The translations under genes and the position numbers were made by a program. From positions 6,634,001 through 6,698,000 of the forward strand of contig NW_025963957.1 in NCBI RefSeq assembly GCF_023055435.1: DNA of 64,000 bases. Direction: 5' to 3'. The notes below the pieces were generated by a model, which worked only from the letters and a program-made list of their open reading frames with translations, ran no database searches and was not told the origin of the DNA. Positions 22,540 to 36,914 of this stretch are shown here, one piece after another (the first letter of the stretch is position 1; the number at the start of each line of letters is the position of its first letter). The stretch is from Haliotis rufescens. Lineage: Eukaryota.

Positions 22540-23027
22540 ACATAGTTAGACAGCATATATTTTTGTGTCAGCGGTACCCATAGTTTAGACAGCATATGTT
22601 GTTGTGTCATCGGTACCCATAGTTTAGACAGCATATAGTGTTGTGTCATTGGTACCCATAGTTAGACAGCATATAGTGTTGTGTCAGCGGTACCCATAGT
22701 TTAGACAGCATATATTGTTGTGTCATCGGTACCCATAGTTTAGACAGCATATAGTGTTGTCAGTGGTACCCATAGTTAGACAGCATATATTGTTGTGTCA
22801 TCGGTACCCATAGTTAGACAGCATATAGTGTTGTGTCATTGGTACCCATAGTTAGACAGCATATAGTGTTGTGTCAGCGGTACCCATAGTTAGACAGCAT
22901 ATAGTGGTGTGTCAGCGGTACCCATAGTTAGACAGCATATAGTGTTGTGTCATTGGTACCCATAGTTAGACAGCATATAGTGTTGTGTCAGCGGTACCCA
23001 TAGTTTAGACAGCATGTATTGTTGTGT
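22540..23027. repeat. 38/39-bp minisatellite
   Basis: Unit ggtacccatagt(t)tagacagcatatagtgttgtgtcatt. Confidence 0.93.
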
Positions 23028-23616
23028 CCCCGCAAGAAAACCTTGAAGTACAACATGTAGATTTATTGATAGTATGGGATAGTATGTTGATAATTAGGCA
23101 GTTAAATTAATAAAAGTGAAGGAGTCAACAGGATCTTTGCGTCACGGACATCAGGCCGCACCATCCCTTCGCCTTAAGCCCTTTCACTGTCAATTGTCTG
23201 TCTCACACCTTCTGAATCAGGATCAGAAAAGGTTCCCAAGATCAAATACTTGTGGTTCAAGCCGACCTGTTATTTGGTGGTTACAATTAGTGACGTGGTC
23301 AACTGTGTGTCATGGTGCCTCAGTGTGTGACCGACCAGTGAAGATACGGGTAAGAGTAGGTCTTCGGCAACCCACGCTTATCGTAAGAAGCGACTAACGG
23401 CATCTTTGGTCAGGCTCGCTGACTTTGCTGATGCATGTTATCGCATCCCAATTGAGTATATCGATGCTCTTGATATTTATCACTGGATTATCTTGTCCAG
23501 AATCGATTATTTATAGACCGCCGTCATATAGCTGGAATATTGCTGAGTGCGGCGTTAAGCAACAAACGAACAGTGTCACCTGGTTGATGTATGTCATCGC
23601 ACTTCTGTGAGGTGGA

Positions 23617-23722
23617 GCGGTGTCCATGTCGTCCATCATGAGCGGTGTCCATGTCGCCCATCATAAACGGTGTCCAGGCTGTCCATCAGAGGCGGTGTCC
23701 ATGTCGTCTATCAGGAGCGGTG
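23617..23722. repeat. 25-bp minisatellite (about 4 units)
   Basis: Unit gcggtgtccatgtcgtccatcagag. Confidence 0.85.
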
Positions 23723-24047
23723 CTCATACTATCAACCACTGGTTAACCCAGACACTCACTCACTTACATATTGGTATTTTGATGTTTCCATACAACTAAC
23801 ATCCTACACCGACCTGTGTATGATTATAAAATGGCTGCCATAAAAGCCGAGATCCCGGCATCAATACAAAACTCAGAGAAGTCACCATGATTTTATTTCA
23901 GTCGTCATACAGACGTAGATAAATAGATGTTTCATCTGTGGGCCGGACTAACTGGCAGTCAGGGTACAAACTTTGGGTAAAATCTGCATAAGGAAAGAAG
24001 AGTTAAACAGGAGTCCAACAGAGTCTGGTTAGAAGGGTGTCACCATT

Positions 24048-24390
24048 CACAGCAAAAAAAGTGTAGGTTTCCGTCTTCCGGAAACCTTCCGGATACCTTC
24101 CCATTTTGGATCCGGCCCGGATACCTTCCGGAAACCTCCTGGAAACCTTCCAAAAAAAATGTCAAAATTTGGTGGGTGCATTTTGTTCACTAAAGTGTGA
24201 AACACATAAAAAATTAACTTGAAAATACCAAGCAATTTGAAGGTTGCTGAAGGCATCTGGAAGGTTTCCGGATGCAAATTTTCTTCATGACTTGCTTCTG
24301 GTAAAAATTGTTAGCCTGTGCATTACAGGTAGCTGTTGTAATATTCTGGGTTTCTTTAATGGTAAATATCCTCCTAAAACATTTTTGGTG
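24048..24390 (+). mobile_element. DNA-transposon end fragment starting CACAGCAAAAAAA
   Basis: Near-identical inverted copy at about 36545-36884. Internal palindromic ttccggaaac/gtttccgga motifs. Confidence 0.65.
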
Positions 24391-27300
24391 AAGACAATTG
24401 TTCAATTTCATATATTGTCCTTTTCAGATGTTAATGGTATTTAATGAACAAAGATCAGTTCTCGTATAATGATATCCTTAAATTTCATGTCCAGACTTCC
24501 AGAAAGTGAAAAAGTCATTGACAATGTGCTCACTTGGGCCTTTGGTCCTAGTGAGATGATAATAAGACTATTTGTAACGGTACATGTACTTGTTATATCC
24601 AAAATACTAACTTCATTGAAATTTGCCTCACCCTAGTTTTATGGTACTACAGTAAGCTCTTCCTCAGTTACTGTGAATTCTTTTATTAAAAGGGATTGAG
24701 AGTTAATGTGACACTGGAGTTGTAACCACTGCACATATATGTGTATTCAAATAATATAACAACTAACGGATACAGCGAACTGATACCTGATCACCGACAA
24801 GCCCATTTATCACTTATTAGCGACGTGTATAGCGAACTGAGAAATCTCACTCAGTGTCAAGTGTCACTGACAATTGGCTGTATGCAATCAGCGGCGAATC
24901 AAAACAATGGCGGCGAATCAATACAATCAGTGGTGACGGATCAACCTTGTTAAATTTGCATTGTGTTAATCTTACCTGTACAGGTAATCTTGTCTGTAAA
25001 ACAAACAGTTTTTGACAGATTGGCGGGTCTGAACGATGCCGTTTCAAGAATGCAGTCAGCGAAACGAGGCCAAAGTAAAACAGACTACACATTTCGTATG
25101 TAAAAATGTTTAAATTTTGTACATGTATTTGATAACAATCTTCAGAAAATGTTATGAATTTAATGTTATTAAATGAATGTTGTAAATTGATATCAGCTAA
25201 TACAAATCAATGTTGCAGTTACGTGCGTATTGTGTTTTGTCTTATCCAAGATGGCGGACGTTTCCGAGCGAAAACGTGTATAACGAACAACGGATATAAC
25301 GAACTGATTTCTCTGGTCCCTGGTAGTTCGTTATATCCGTGTTCTACTGTATGTGCTTAACACTTCACAAATATCTCCAGAAATAGGCATTTTAGTTATA
25401 ATTGCAGAAATACTTTATGAATGACCCCTTCACTATTGCCTTGATCTTACACTTCAACCATTCATGAGTTATCACTTTTGAGTGTGAATTTGACCTTCAA
25501 TATCAGTGATAAATATTTCAAAAACATTTCAAAGAGCTATCCAGCACATAAACCAAATATGCAGTCCTTTGGTAAAATTCAACATATCATTGACCAAAAT
25601 ATGGAAGTAATGTAACCAGTATATGTATAAGAGTTACTAAGACTTCTGCAGAAAAGGCAATTTAGGGGGAAAAGTAGTATATATAGATCACACACGACCT
25701 TTTTCCAACTTCGACCCCTGTCCAAAGGAAGAGTTAGACCACCAACAAACTTTTTGTCTGGTTGTGACTTAGTCACTTTAACAGATCAATGTGTCATCAG
25801 ACGTTTTCAGAGCAAAGGAAACATGTGTTATTTATCTTGAGATGCCCAAGCAATGCATGGTTTCATAAGATAAGTGTGGCTATTAAACTGAGGCAAAATC
25901 ATGAAACATCCCCATTTACACAGCTGGCAAATGAAACATAAGCAACAATCAAATTATCAATTTCTTTTATTCATATGCCTATAGTATATCGCACATTGAA
26001 CAGTGTTCACATGATGGTTCCTGATGCAGTATGCAATTTCATCCTATTCTTCAATACTCATAACAGAGTGTGATAACTGTTCGCTTGACAGTACCTACGG
26101 ATTATGTTCACCAGTTCAGAGAACTTACTTTCCCTCAATCCTCCTTTTCTTTCTATATTGCCATGGATGAACAGGAACCAGAATGAGAGGATACCATTTA
26201 GACTCTATCTCTGCTGCATTGTGTTAGTAGAATTGTGAACTTTCCATTTGGTGTTTGGGTCCACATTTAAAGACAATAAGTCCCATTTATCATTCCTTTC
26301 AAGTGTTTACCATATGGCTCAAGACAAGAATTTCCTGAATGTCCTGGAAGAATTCCACTCCAGCTTGGCATTGGTTGGTCTTCTCACATTAGCCAGACCA
26401 GCCTTTGTGTGTCCCAGTACCATTTGGCATACAACTTCTTGGTCGGCCTCCATCGCTGTCTGCAAATCACCTCTGATATCTGAAGGGCTGCAGCCTCTGT
26501 TTAGGACTCCCTTGTCTGATCCTTCCAGACTGTCAACCTGGAGTACTCATCCAGGGATCTCAAGCAGGACTTCAGTTTCTGCAGCATTATGTAAAAAGAT
26601 TTTAGCAATGAAAAAGAATTGTTGCCACATGTACTTACAGATAGAAGGCAGCAAAATCACTTAAGTTGTCATATGTGAGTCTTGTACTGTATATGCTAAA
26701 CATTTAAGATAATCACATCTCAAATCTCAACCAGACAAACCAGTGACTAATGTTATGAACTCGGTCCAGACAAACCGATGATAACTATTATGGACAATAT
26801 CCCACATCACTGTGGTATGATTACATGCGATCAATGAGCCTACTCAATCACTACCTTATCTATTAATTAGGCTTGAAATGCTGGGAATCTTTTTAAGAGA
26901 TGTCATTTAGTGATTGTTTCAACTCATCAACATGGAAAAATATATATTTACAATCCTTGTCATATAGCCAAACTATTGCTGGATGCAGTGTTAAATAAAT
27001 GAGTTGGCTTTAACACTGCTTTGAACAGTATTCCAGATATATCACCGCATGTTAGCTTGATGTGGGAAGAAAGCCCTAAGTGATGCAGGTCTTTGATGAA
27101 TCCCACGAGCATGTGTATAATGCTGACAAACCTAGCAACATAATCGGGGAGAACCAGGATTTGAACCCATGACTACAGGTTTCTGCTAAGCCCAAGAGAT
27201 GCAACTCTGCACAGAAAATTGTAGTGCCTTAGATAATAGGACATCCGTGCCCACAGCGATAAGGAACAAACTGAAGACATATTTGCAAAATAACCATATG

Positions 27301-27931
27301 AACCAAACAGAATAATTTCAAAATATTTACCACTCACTGTTGCTCTTCTATGGTCTTTCTTTGCATTGATGCTGCACAGATGACTGTCTCTTTTATTCAT
27401 CCAGACATTCTACAAACATAAGTAGCATTTACATCACAGAAAAATGTCCAAACTGTACATGTTGTTCATTTGATTCAAATGAAAAGACCCCGGTTGTGAT
27501 TCCGACTTAGAACTACCCTAATCATAATAATTCATGTCAAACATTCAGAGATGACATTTATCCCCATATTTAACAAATGTCAAAACAATATTTTGACAAC
27601 AAAGTCAGGGTCATTCAACACATACATTACATAGGAAATAACTTGTTCGACAATGCAGAGAGATCCTCACCGAGGTGAATATCATTCAATGAATTATTGC
27701 CAAATTTTCTTGAAATGCAGATTAATGCAATGCAGTATTTACTTTTATTTCTAGGCTATTTGTTTGGCTTTTCCATGGCACTGTTTTGACAGAGATCTAA
27801 CCTTGATATGACACTTTGTTCAGAAATGATATAAATAAGAGAATACTTTATTATTCCCGAGAAAATTTGGGTTACATTGTAAAAGCACAGAGAAACAAGT
27901 ATAAGATTCATGATTTAAGTTAAATACCCTC

Positions 27932-28195
27932 GACCCATGAAGATTCCGGGGTAGAATAGGTCTTCAGCAACCCATGCTTCCCGTAAAAGGCCATTATGCT
28001 TGTCGTAAAAGGCGACTAACGGGATGGGGTGGTCAGGCTTGCTGACTTGGTTGATGCATGTCATTGATCTCAATTCCGTGGCTCGATGCTCATGATATCA
28101 ATCACTGGGTTGTCTGGTCCAGACTCGATTATTTACAGACCGCCGTCATATAGCTGGAATATTGCTGAGTGTGGCGTTAAACAACAAACCAACCT
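27932..28195 (+). mobile_element. Second SINE-like interspersed repeat family (about 260 bp)
   Basis: gacccatgaag...tgcttgtcgtaa(g)aggcgactaacggg...gctggaatattgctgagtgtggcgttaaacaac. Other copies lie near 822-1079(-), 1584-1805(-), 18972-19190(-), 23330-23571(+), 37825-37965(+), 40083-40199(-), 58657-58875(-) and 63270-63511(+). Confidence 0.85.
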
Positions 28196-30280
28196 AAATA
28201 CACTCATACATACACACACAAACACAACATCCAAACACCAGGGTTAGAAAATGGCACTAGTCATTTTGACATTTTAAGGTTTTGCTATATGCTGTCATTT
28301 TAGGACTAGTGGACTGAAATCGATAGTTTCTACCGCTGCAAACACTAATCAACTAATGAATTGGGTGGTCAGACTAGGTTGTCATCATACTCTGAGGGCA
28401 TGGATCTTTGCTGATAATAACAATCACCAGATTGCCTGGTCTATGTTCAATTATTTACAGGCTGCCATCACAGAGCTGGACTATTGTGAGTGTGATGTTT
28501 CACATTGCATTGAAATATACCATGATGAATACATGTAGTTTGTATTTATCGCAAACAAAAATACTCACTCAATACTTGGTATCCTCCCTGAGGATGTCTG
28601 TGAACCTCCCCACAAACCCTGAACATGCTGAAACAGAAAACAACTAACTTGTCTTTATCCTTTCAATGTTTCAGTGTGAATTTGTTAAAGATTGATAAGC
28701 TGTCATTATTCATTGTAATCCATATCTCACTTTCAGGTGGTTCAGGTGGCAACACATGATTGGAATTGAATGCCACGTTTTGTTTGACATGCACTTTGCC
28801 AGATTTATACCCTTGGTAACTAACCCTCATCATCAAATCCCAGCGTTATGTTGAGAATAAGGACACGACCCTTAAAAGTCCTACACCTGTAGCTCTTATG
28901 CAAGCCCAAATAGAAATACCATGTCACAACAAACACTTGATCATAATAATAACAAAGGGTTTGCGAAAACAACAAAACTAAAACGTTTACAGTAGTAACA
29001 TGGAGATCAGGAAAATATCTAAATCAATCCATTCCATAAGATCTCTGTATAGAAATCATGGAACATTATGTCTCGAAGCCCTGCTACGTACCTGGCATCC
29101 GCAAGCTGCTCTTCCTTCCTTCGGCTGTCAATCGAGTTTTCGAAATACTTGACGTCCTCGTTGTGGATGGCTCAGGTGAATTTCGACCGGGATTTCCGTG
29201 TTAGAGGTGATTGAGAACAATATATCGATACACGAGGTAAGCATATCGCAATCAAGTATCACGGTGTACATCGATTACACGAGGTTTGAGTGTTTGTTTA
29301 CATTTGTGTTCCAAAATGGCGCCCTCGGCCATACAGGGAATATTACGGGTAGACTTGCTTGTCCCGGAATAACACGATTTGGTCACGAATGACGAGCGGT
29401 CATTTCTGCAGCAGTTACGGAAAGAGACGAGGTTGGCCGATTACAGTTCATACGGGCCATATTGGGAGCCGCGGGGATTTCGACAGTGTGTATTAGGAAG
29501 TATATCTATGTGGTGTATGGAATATGCGTTTGCCTACCATGCCAGGCAGTGTGACAAGGGATATCCCAGCGGATGTAATATTCCTACAGCAGAAATGTTT
29601 CACAACCTCGATTGCAGGGAGCTGAAGACGTGACATATTCAGACAGAGACCATAATACATAGACTGTTATATGGTCTCTGATTAAGGTAAGGAATATGTT
29701 TATAATATTGATCACGTATTAAAGTTATTTATCTTCTGTAAGCCACTTATTCTGTTTTATATATGTTAGTAAATATGTGATTTAATTTTTGTAGGATAAG
29801 CAATCTACCTAACTTATGTTAATCCTTGCTAATATATATGATGTAGAAATATGTTTGCTTACTTATATTCCTTTATCTAGATACTCTAATGTGACTCATT
29901 GTTTTAGTTCATACCGTACCGACTAAACTTACTTTTGCAGGTGTGAAGAATCAAGAACAAATTAAATGACAGGAGTTTTGCAACAGTGAACATTGTGAAG
30001 TGGAAGATAAGACATTTGAAAGGTATGGATATTTTCACTTGAACTTGTTGAAGAATACCGTGATGACAACTTTATCATGTTGGGAATTTTGGCGGTGGGG
30101 TAGCCTAGTGGTTGAAGTGCTGAAGACCAAGGTTCGATTCTTGTCATGGGTACAATGTGTGAAGTCTATGTCAGGTGTCCGTTGCTGTGGTATTGCTAAA
30201 AACAGCGTAAAACCATTCCCACTCATGTGGGGATTCCGGGTTGGAATTGGTCCCCATCAACCTATGCTAGTTGTAAGAGA

Positions 30281-31127
30281 GGGTTATACTATAAAGGGAA
30301 ATAGCACCTCGCCAACTATTGCCTGGTGAAAACAGCACCTTGTTATTTTTTTTACCTTGGGTCTGAATATGGTTATAGCGAAAACAGCACCTCAGCAAAA
30401 CGGCACCGATTGGCGAAAACGGCACCTCGACTTAAGCGAAAACGGCTACTATTGCCTGGCGAAAACGGCACCTTATTTATTTTTTTACCTTGGTCAAATA
30501 AGTGCTATTAAACTTATATGGTAACTTTCAAACACCAATAATTGTGAGATGCTAAAACAAGTTTACATTAGAAATTAGCCTCTACTCCAACTATAATCCA
30601 ACTTAGCTTATACGCAACAAAACTTATTGTGAAAATGTGACATGCTTTGAAGAAAAATAATAGAAATTAAACTCACGTCGTCTCTTACAAACACAAATAA
30701 TTGTGAAATTGTGAAATAAAACAAGTAAGAAATTAGACCCCTACTCCAATTTACTCGCCGACTGATTGGGGGGCGCAGTTAACTTAATGTGAAAACACTA
30801 TACGCTTTGAAGTTTTAAGTACCTTTACTCAATTTAAACTGAAACTGTATTTAAGAGGCCTAACATGGTGCTGTCAGATCACAATTATTCACAGTGGCAT
30901 TTCATGTTTTGCATGAGAGAAGAATGTCAGAAAACAACAACATGCTGTGATAACTGTGACCATGTAAATAAACCATATATATATTACTACAAAAATTGTT
31001 TTTATCCTCATTAAAAATAGAGGTGCCGTTTTTGCCCGACACATAGAAGCCGTTTTCGCCAAATGCGGTGGCGTTTCCGCCAGAGAAATCGGTGACGTTT
31101 TGCTGGGGTGCCGTTTTAGCCTCACCC
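30281..31127. mobile_element. Non-autonomous DNA transposon nested in a SINE, 8-bp TSD
   Basis: GGGT...ACCC ends, subterminal GCGAAAACGGCACC repeats in inverted orientation, TSD GTAAGAGA/ATAAGAGA. A second partial copy lies near 32068-33320. Confidence 0.7.
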
Positions 31128-32529
31128 ATAAGAGATAACCTAATAGATCAGGTGATCAGGCTCGGTGACCTGGTTCATGGCATCTGACAGTGACCATCTA
31201 ACAGTGTGGATTGGTGTTCACAATATCAATCACTGGATTGTCTAGAATTTTGGGCCTACCTTTAGAATACAGTACCTAACTTTTCAAACAGGTCACAGTA
31301 CCCTGTGATGTAATTCGTAGTATTCTGTTGCCTGACACACTGGCAAAACAATGCCTTGTGATGTCAGGGGTCATTGGATGTGCATATATATGCTCTTTTC
31401 AGTGGTCTATCGTCTCCACACGCTATGTTGTTGCATAAGTTTAAATTATTTGTTTACTAAATATTGTTTGAAACATATTTATTTCACAACTTGTGAACTG
31501 GATGGGTAAACAAGCAAAAACTTATTTGAATTCACTCCAGAATTAGAATACAATATGATATGACAAAAGTACAGTCAAGGAATACAATTATATACATGTT
31601 CTTATTATAGAAACTACGTTGTCGGCGCTGTCAGGTCGCATTTTAGTAGTAATAGTGTACTGCAATATACGGCAAGGAATAGTATTATAAATTTAAGATG
31701 CTATGTAAAATCACAAAACCTATTGGATAGCTGAATGTAGTCTTGTACTGATTTAAGAATTTCTAAGTTTATTTTTGACGTCCTTTCAGGATTACCTAAT
31801 AGAATTGAATTTAGATCATATCCCTTAACATAATAGTACATATTCTGTCTTAAATCATTGTAATTTGGGCATATGAGAAAGAAGTGAAGTGCATCTTCAG
31901 TGTGATGGCCACAGCTACATGCAGGATTATCTTATAAATATTGCCTGCGGATGCACATTTTATAACAAGTGCTTGTTTATTTTCTATATGCTTTTATTTC
32001 ATTTTTCACTTATTACAGTGGTTAAAATGGTTATAAATATAAATTGAAACTTATAATGTGCAATAAGCGGGTTAAAGCTGAAACCACACCTTAGCAAAAC
32101 GGCATTGACTGGCGAAATACTCGCCGAAAGCGAAAACGACGATTATTACTTGACGAAAATGACACCTGATTTTTTTTTTACCTTGGTAAAATAAATGAAA
32201 TTAAACTTGGAATGATAACTTGCAAAGACCAATAATTGTGAAATGTTTAAACAAGTTTACGTTAGAAATTAGCCTCTACTCCAACTTATCCTATACCCGA
32301 CTCAATTTATTGTGATAACATGCTTTGAAGTAAAATATATGGAATTAAACACACATCGTCTCATACAAACACAAATACATGTAGTTGTTAAATGTTGAAA
32401 CAAGTTTACCTTCGAAATTAGTCCCCTACTCCAATTTACTAACCGACTCTGATTGGCAGACACAGCTCACTTGTTGTGAATGTATTTTTCACTTTTAGGT
32501 TTAAAGTACTCAATGTCAAGCTGAAACTG

Positions 32530-33255
32530 CTTAAACTTACCCATCTCAAAATCAGAAATTAAAAGTGTAAACAAGCAAAAAATCACCAAAAAATGGCATA
32601 ACCTATATCTAAACTCAAATAGCCAAATCAAAAAAGTGCTCAGCAAACCACTAACCAAACCAAAAATTCTCCATCCATCCAAAAAAATCGACAGAGTAAT
32701 CACTAAACTCCAAACAGGACACACCAAACTAAATAACCACCTAAAAAAATTTAAAAAACACACTACAGGTAACTGCCCACACTGCAAACAACCAGAAACC
32801 CCAGAACACGCACTCATCCACTGCACACACTACCTAACACATCGAACCGCATTACAAACCACCCTCAATCTAAACAAGGCTCTAACTCTAGAAGCAATAC
32901 TGAACCCACAAAATAAACTAGAAAACTTCAAGGCCTTAGGCGTATTCTTAATAAAAACGGAACTAATAAAACGCATCTAAAAACACAATAACCTACCAAA
33001 TCAAAATCACATAAACAAACAAACATCCACCATACCCAGCTCCCTTAGTTCTCCTCCCCAATCCCATCGGCATCTATTCCAAATCTCAAAATTCCCAAAT
33101 TCTATATAAGCAACCCCTAAAACCCCCCTCTTCGGTTGCACAGACCACCTTCGCCCCTTTCGGAAACACATTAAATGGCCTGGCCGGGCCCCTGTGCGAA
33201 ATACGCATCAGTCGGAAAGCGCACGTTAAATCTCCAAAGTAAGTAAGTAAGTAAG
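32530..33255 (+). mobile_element. 5'-truncated LINE (I/Jockey-group-like C-terminus) with (GTAA)n tail and 8-bp TSD
   Basis: ORF 32636-32980 has KLQTGHTKLNNHL and the zinc knuckle CPHCKQPETPEHALIHC. TSD TGAAACTG at 32522-32529 and 33256-33263. Confidence 0.85.
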
Positions 33256-36200
33256 TGAAACTGTATTTAAGATTCCTAACATGGTGCTGTCAGATTACAA
33301 TTTTTCACAATGGCCTTTTGATGTGTCATTTGAACATGTTGAAAGGTTTTACAAGGGATATTTGTCAGTAATAACTGATGCTATTTCTGCCCTTACATTA
33401 CAACAAATAAATCAGCCAATATGGAACTATTTTATTGATATGTGGCAACAAACATACTTCAGGCTGTACAGTTTACAAATGGGTTAATATCTATATCATC
33501 TTGTTCCTCCTTATGTCTGGGCAGTTGCTCGCTACAATTTCGGAACTTCTTTACAGTTACAGACAGAAAATACCAGAACCCGCCATAACCGTTAAGTACT
33601 GCAAATCAAATACTGTATGGGTTTCACTGAAAGTGTCGCCACAACTGAAAATCTTCAAATACCTGTATTTGGCCATAACTTTGACTATTTTTTTCTGTTC
33701 TTGCCTATTATCTATTCCTGCCTCAGGTAAGGATGCAGTGATTTATTTAAGTGCACACATATATCACAGATAAACTCCTGAAGTCTATGAAAGTTATTTA
33801 CAAGTTATACACATAAGGACTTAAAGGTGGAGAATGTATTAATGTCAACTTCTTTATTATGATGATCACAACATTTCAGAGTATGTACTTACTCCTTTAT
33901 TAGGTGAATATTCACAATTCTGCTCCAAATGCTTAGATCAATGCTCATATTGTCAACCATATTTGCCATTTTTATATCACATTCATGTGTATAATACATT
34001 TTATTTCTAATAATGGCGTAATTGGGACACACAAATATAAAGTAACCCAATACCTCTCCGTAAAGGGCGACAATACTTGTCTAAAGAGTTGACTAACGCC
34101 ATCAGGTGCCAATCAGGCTCGGTGACTTGGTTGATGCATGTCATTGATCCCAATTGTGTGGGGTTAATTAGCTGTTTTTAGAGTAGCAAGGTAATAAACA
34201 TCAAAGGTGGGGCAGGCTTTGATCATGTGTTCTGTAGAAGAGATGATGTCACTTGTTTTATGTTTATTTAGGATTAGCTACATCCCTTGATGCTACCAAG
34301 GCAGCCCTTGAGATTATCAGACAGTTTGGCTAGACACAAACTGATGTCTCCCGTGTAGCACACTATGTGTCAGACACAGACTTTGACCACAGATGCAGAT
34401 GCATATCAATGCATAAAGAACATTGGGTAGATGATTCAACAATGCCACACAAGTCGAAGTTGGGTTTCACTGTATTTAGAAACAGATGATGGATCCAAAA
34501 CTTTATAACAGTAATTATGATTAATTTAAACTTTGCAAGACCAATATTTTGGCAGATTTGCATGCTATTGTTAATCTTCATTTAGTTAATTTAAAAAAAA
34601 GATAGGATAAATGATAAAATATGATAATGAGTCATGAATATTTGAATTCAGATCAGAACAAGCAGGGAGGGTCACCCCAAGATGTAAGAGTCTCTAGGGG
34701 AGGCTTTTGACAAAATGGACAATAAAATATAAAGTGCTTTGCATTTTCTTTCAGGGATGGTGTGTCAAAAATGAATGAGAACATACCGGTAATATATGAC
34801 CGGCCCCTTTAATGTAATATACATAGTTTTTAGTTGATGGTTCAGGTTGTACTTTTCAGTTGAATTTCTTATCACTGTCTATGATGGTCTACCAATTAAC
34901 ACTAGATATTAAATATCCATAATAACTTAGATAAATGCTTCTACAGTCTCATCCTAATTTTTCAAAATTTGAATTTCAATATAGCTTCCATTAATGAATT
35001 AATGAATTTGGTGAGAATATCTATTGTCTGAATTCCTAATTTACTTTTTTTTTAATTGGGTTTGCAAGGGTAGCCTAGTTGGTGAAACAGTCTCTGAAAC
35101 CCGGGTTCAATTCACCACATGGGTACAATGTGTGAAGCCATAGCTGGAATATTGCTAACAAGCTGCATGAAACTATACCAACTCACTCGCTCATTATGTT
35201 GTATTTTGAGATCCCTTACATGACATGTGTTTTGATAATTATGAATAGTTGCATTTATGTATTTATGTATAAGAACCTATGTAACTTAGTTTTGCATAGT
35301 CTTGTTTACCCTTCCTTACATTTTGATGTAATGCAAACATTCAAGCAAAATTCAGGTGAACCTTGTGGTATTGTTTTAGAAGACCGGATACATTTTTGTA
35401 TTTTCTGAACACTTTTCTGTTTGCAATGGCTTATTTACATGTTCAAAGATTGGTTAAATATCAGTTGCAAGATAAATTGTCAATACCTCACTGTTCGAGA
35501 AAACAACTTTAAACATTTGTAAATATGTGTGTGTTTCATAACTTTTGACTAACAAGTTTCAGGTACCTGGATTTCACAATCTGACACCAGCTACATTAAG
35601 AAGATCTTGCTCACACAATTCAGACAAGGGACTCGCCAGATGATGAACAGTACTCCTGATAACAACCAACAGATTCACCTCAGAAAGTGATGATTCTGAA
35701 TGAATAATGCCACATCAGTGTTACTGTAGGTGGTTTTATTATGACACTAATGAAGTCTGAATGAATTTATGCCAAAGCACTGTGACTATGTCCAGTTTGT
35801 GTACAAATCTGAATGACTTTTGTGGTTTACTGCAGAAACATAATTGACTTTAGATATTCTTCTTCAATAAAATTGAGATTTGACTAATTTGTTTATTTAG
35901 AAAATGGCATTGAAGCGTCTGTTCTGTAAGGCCTTGCAAACACCACTGGTTACTTTATGCTAGTTCCTCTTCTTGCTTGATCAAATTTCAATTTGTGATA
36001 TGTACCAATGAAATGCCATATAATCAATAAATAAGATTTTTTTCCAAAAACATGATTTGTTTTGCTTCATTAGCATAACGAAATATAATACTGATCAGCC
36101 ATAACATAGGTGCTGAACAAATATAAAATGTACTAATGCCCTGAATGTTTTCCTACTATAAATACAGCTCACTTAATAAAAGTTGTAGTTCCACCTTAGT

Positions 36201-36544
36201 AGACAAATGACATTGATATTTTTTCTCTACTTTATTTAGGTGTTTTCTATGGATGCCATTAGTCTTATGCACCAATTTGGGACAATTGTATTCTGTTTTA
36301 TATTCCCATGAAACTACACTGTCCCGATATAACAAGTACTGATACCGTCCAAACTAATCTGTTAATCTCACCAGGGCCAAATTCCAAAGCACATAGCCAA
36401 TGACTTTCCATTTTTTTCTGAGTGAGAATGCTGTTTTGCCACTTTTAGCAATATTGCAACAATATCATGGTGGGGGACACCAGCAATTAGCTTCACACAT
36501 TGGACCCATGTCGCGAAATAACTTGTGAACAATGCATGCCCACA

Positions 36545-36884
36545 TATCTCAGTTTGAGGAGGATATTTACAACTAAAATAACAAAGAATATTACAACAGG
36601 TACCTGTAACGCACAGGCTAACATTATTTACCAGAAGCAAGTCATAAAGAAAATTTGCATCCGGATACCTTCCGGAAACCTTCCAGATGCCTTCAACAAC
36701 CTTCAAATTGCTTGGTATTTTCAAGTTAACTTTTTTATGTGTTACACGCTTAAGTGAACAAAATGCACCCCCCAAATTTTGACATTTTTTTGGAAGGTTT
36801 CCGGAAGGTACCCGGGCCGGATCCAAAATGGGAAGGTATCCGGAAGGTTTACGGAAGACGGAAACCTACACTTTTTTTGCTGTG
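36545..36884 (-). mobile_element. Second copy of the CACAGC element, 30 bp past the pore-former 2 stop
   Basis: Reverse complement of 24048-24390. Confidence 0.65.
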
Positions 36885-36914
36885 ATTAGAGTGACGTTAC
36901 TGCTTCTGCTGAAC

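Larger units (their letters stand above)
6714..23960 (+). repeat. Segmental duplication, copy A
   Basis: Colinear and near-identical outside satellites with 44974-64000. The window end (actggcagtc) matches 23951-23960. Confidence 0.93.
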
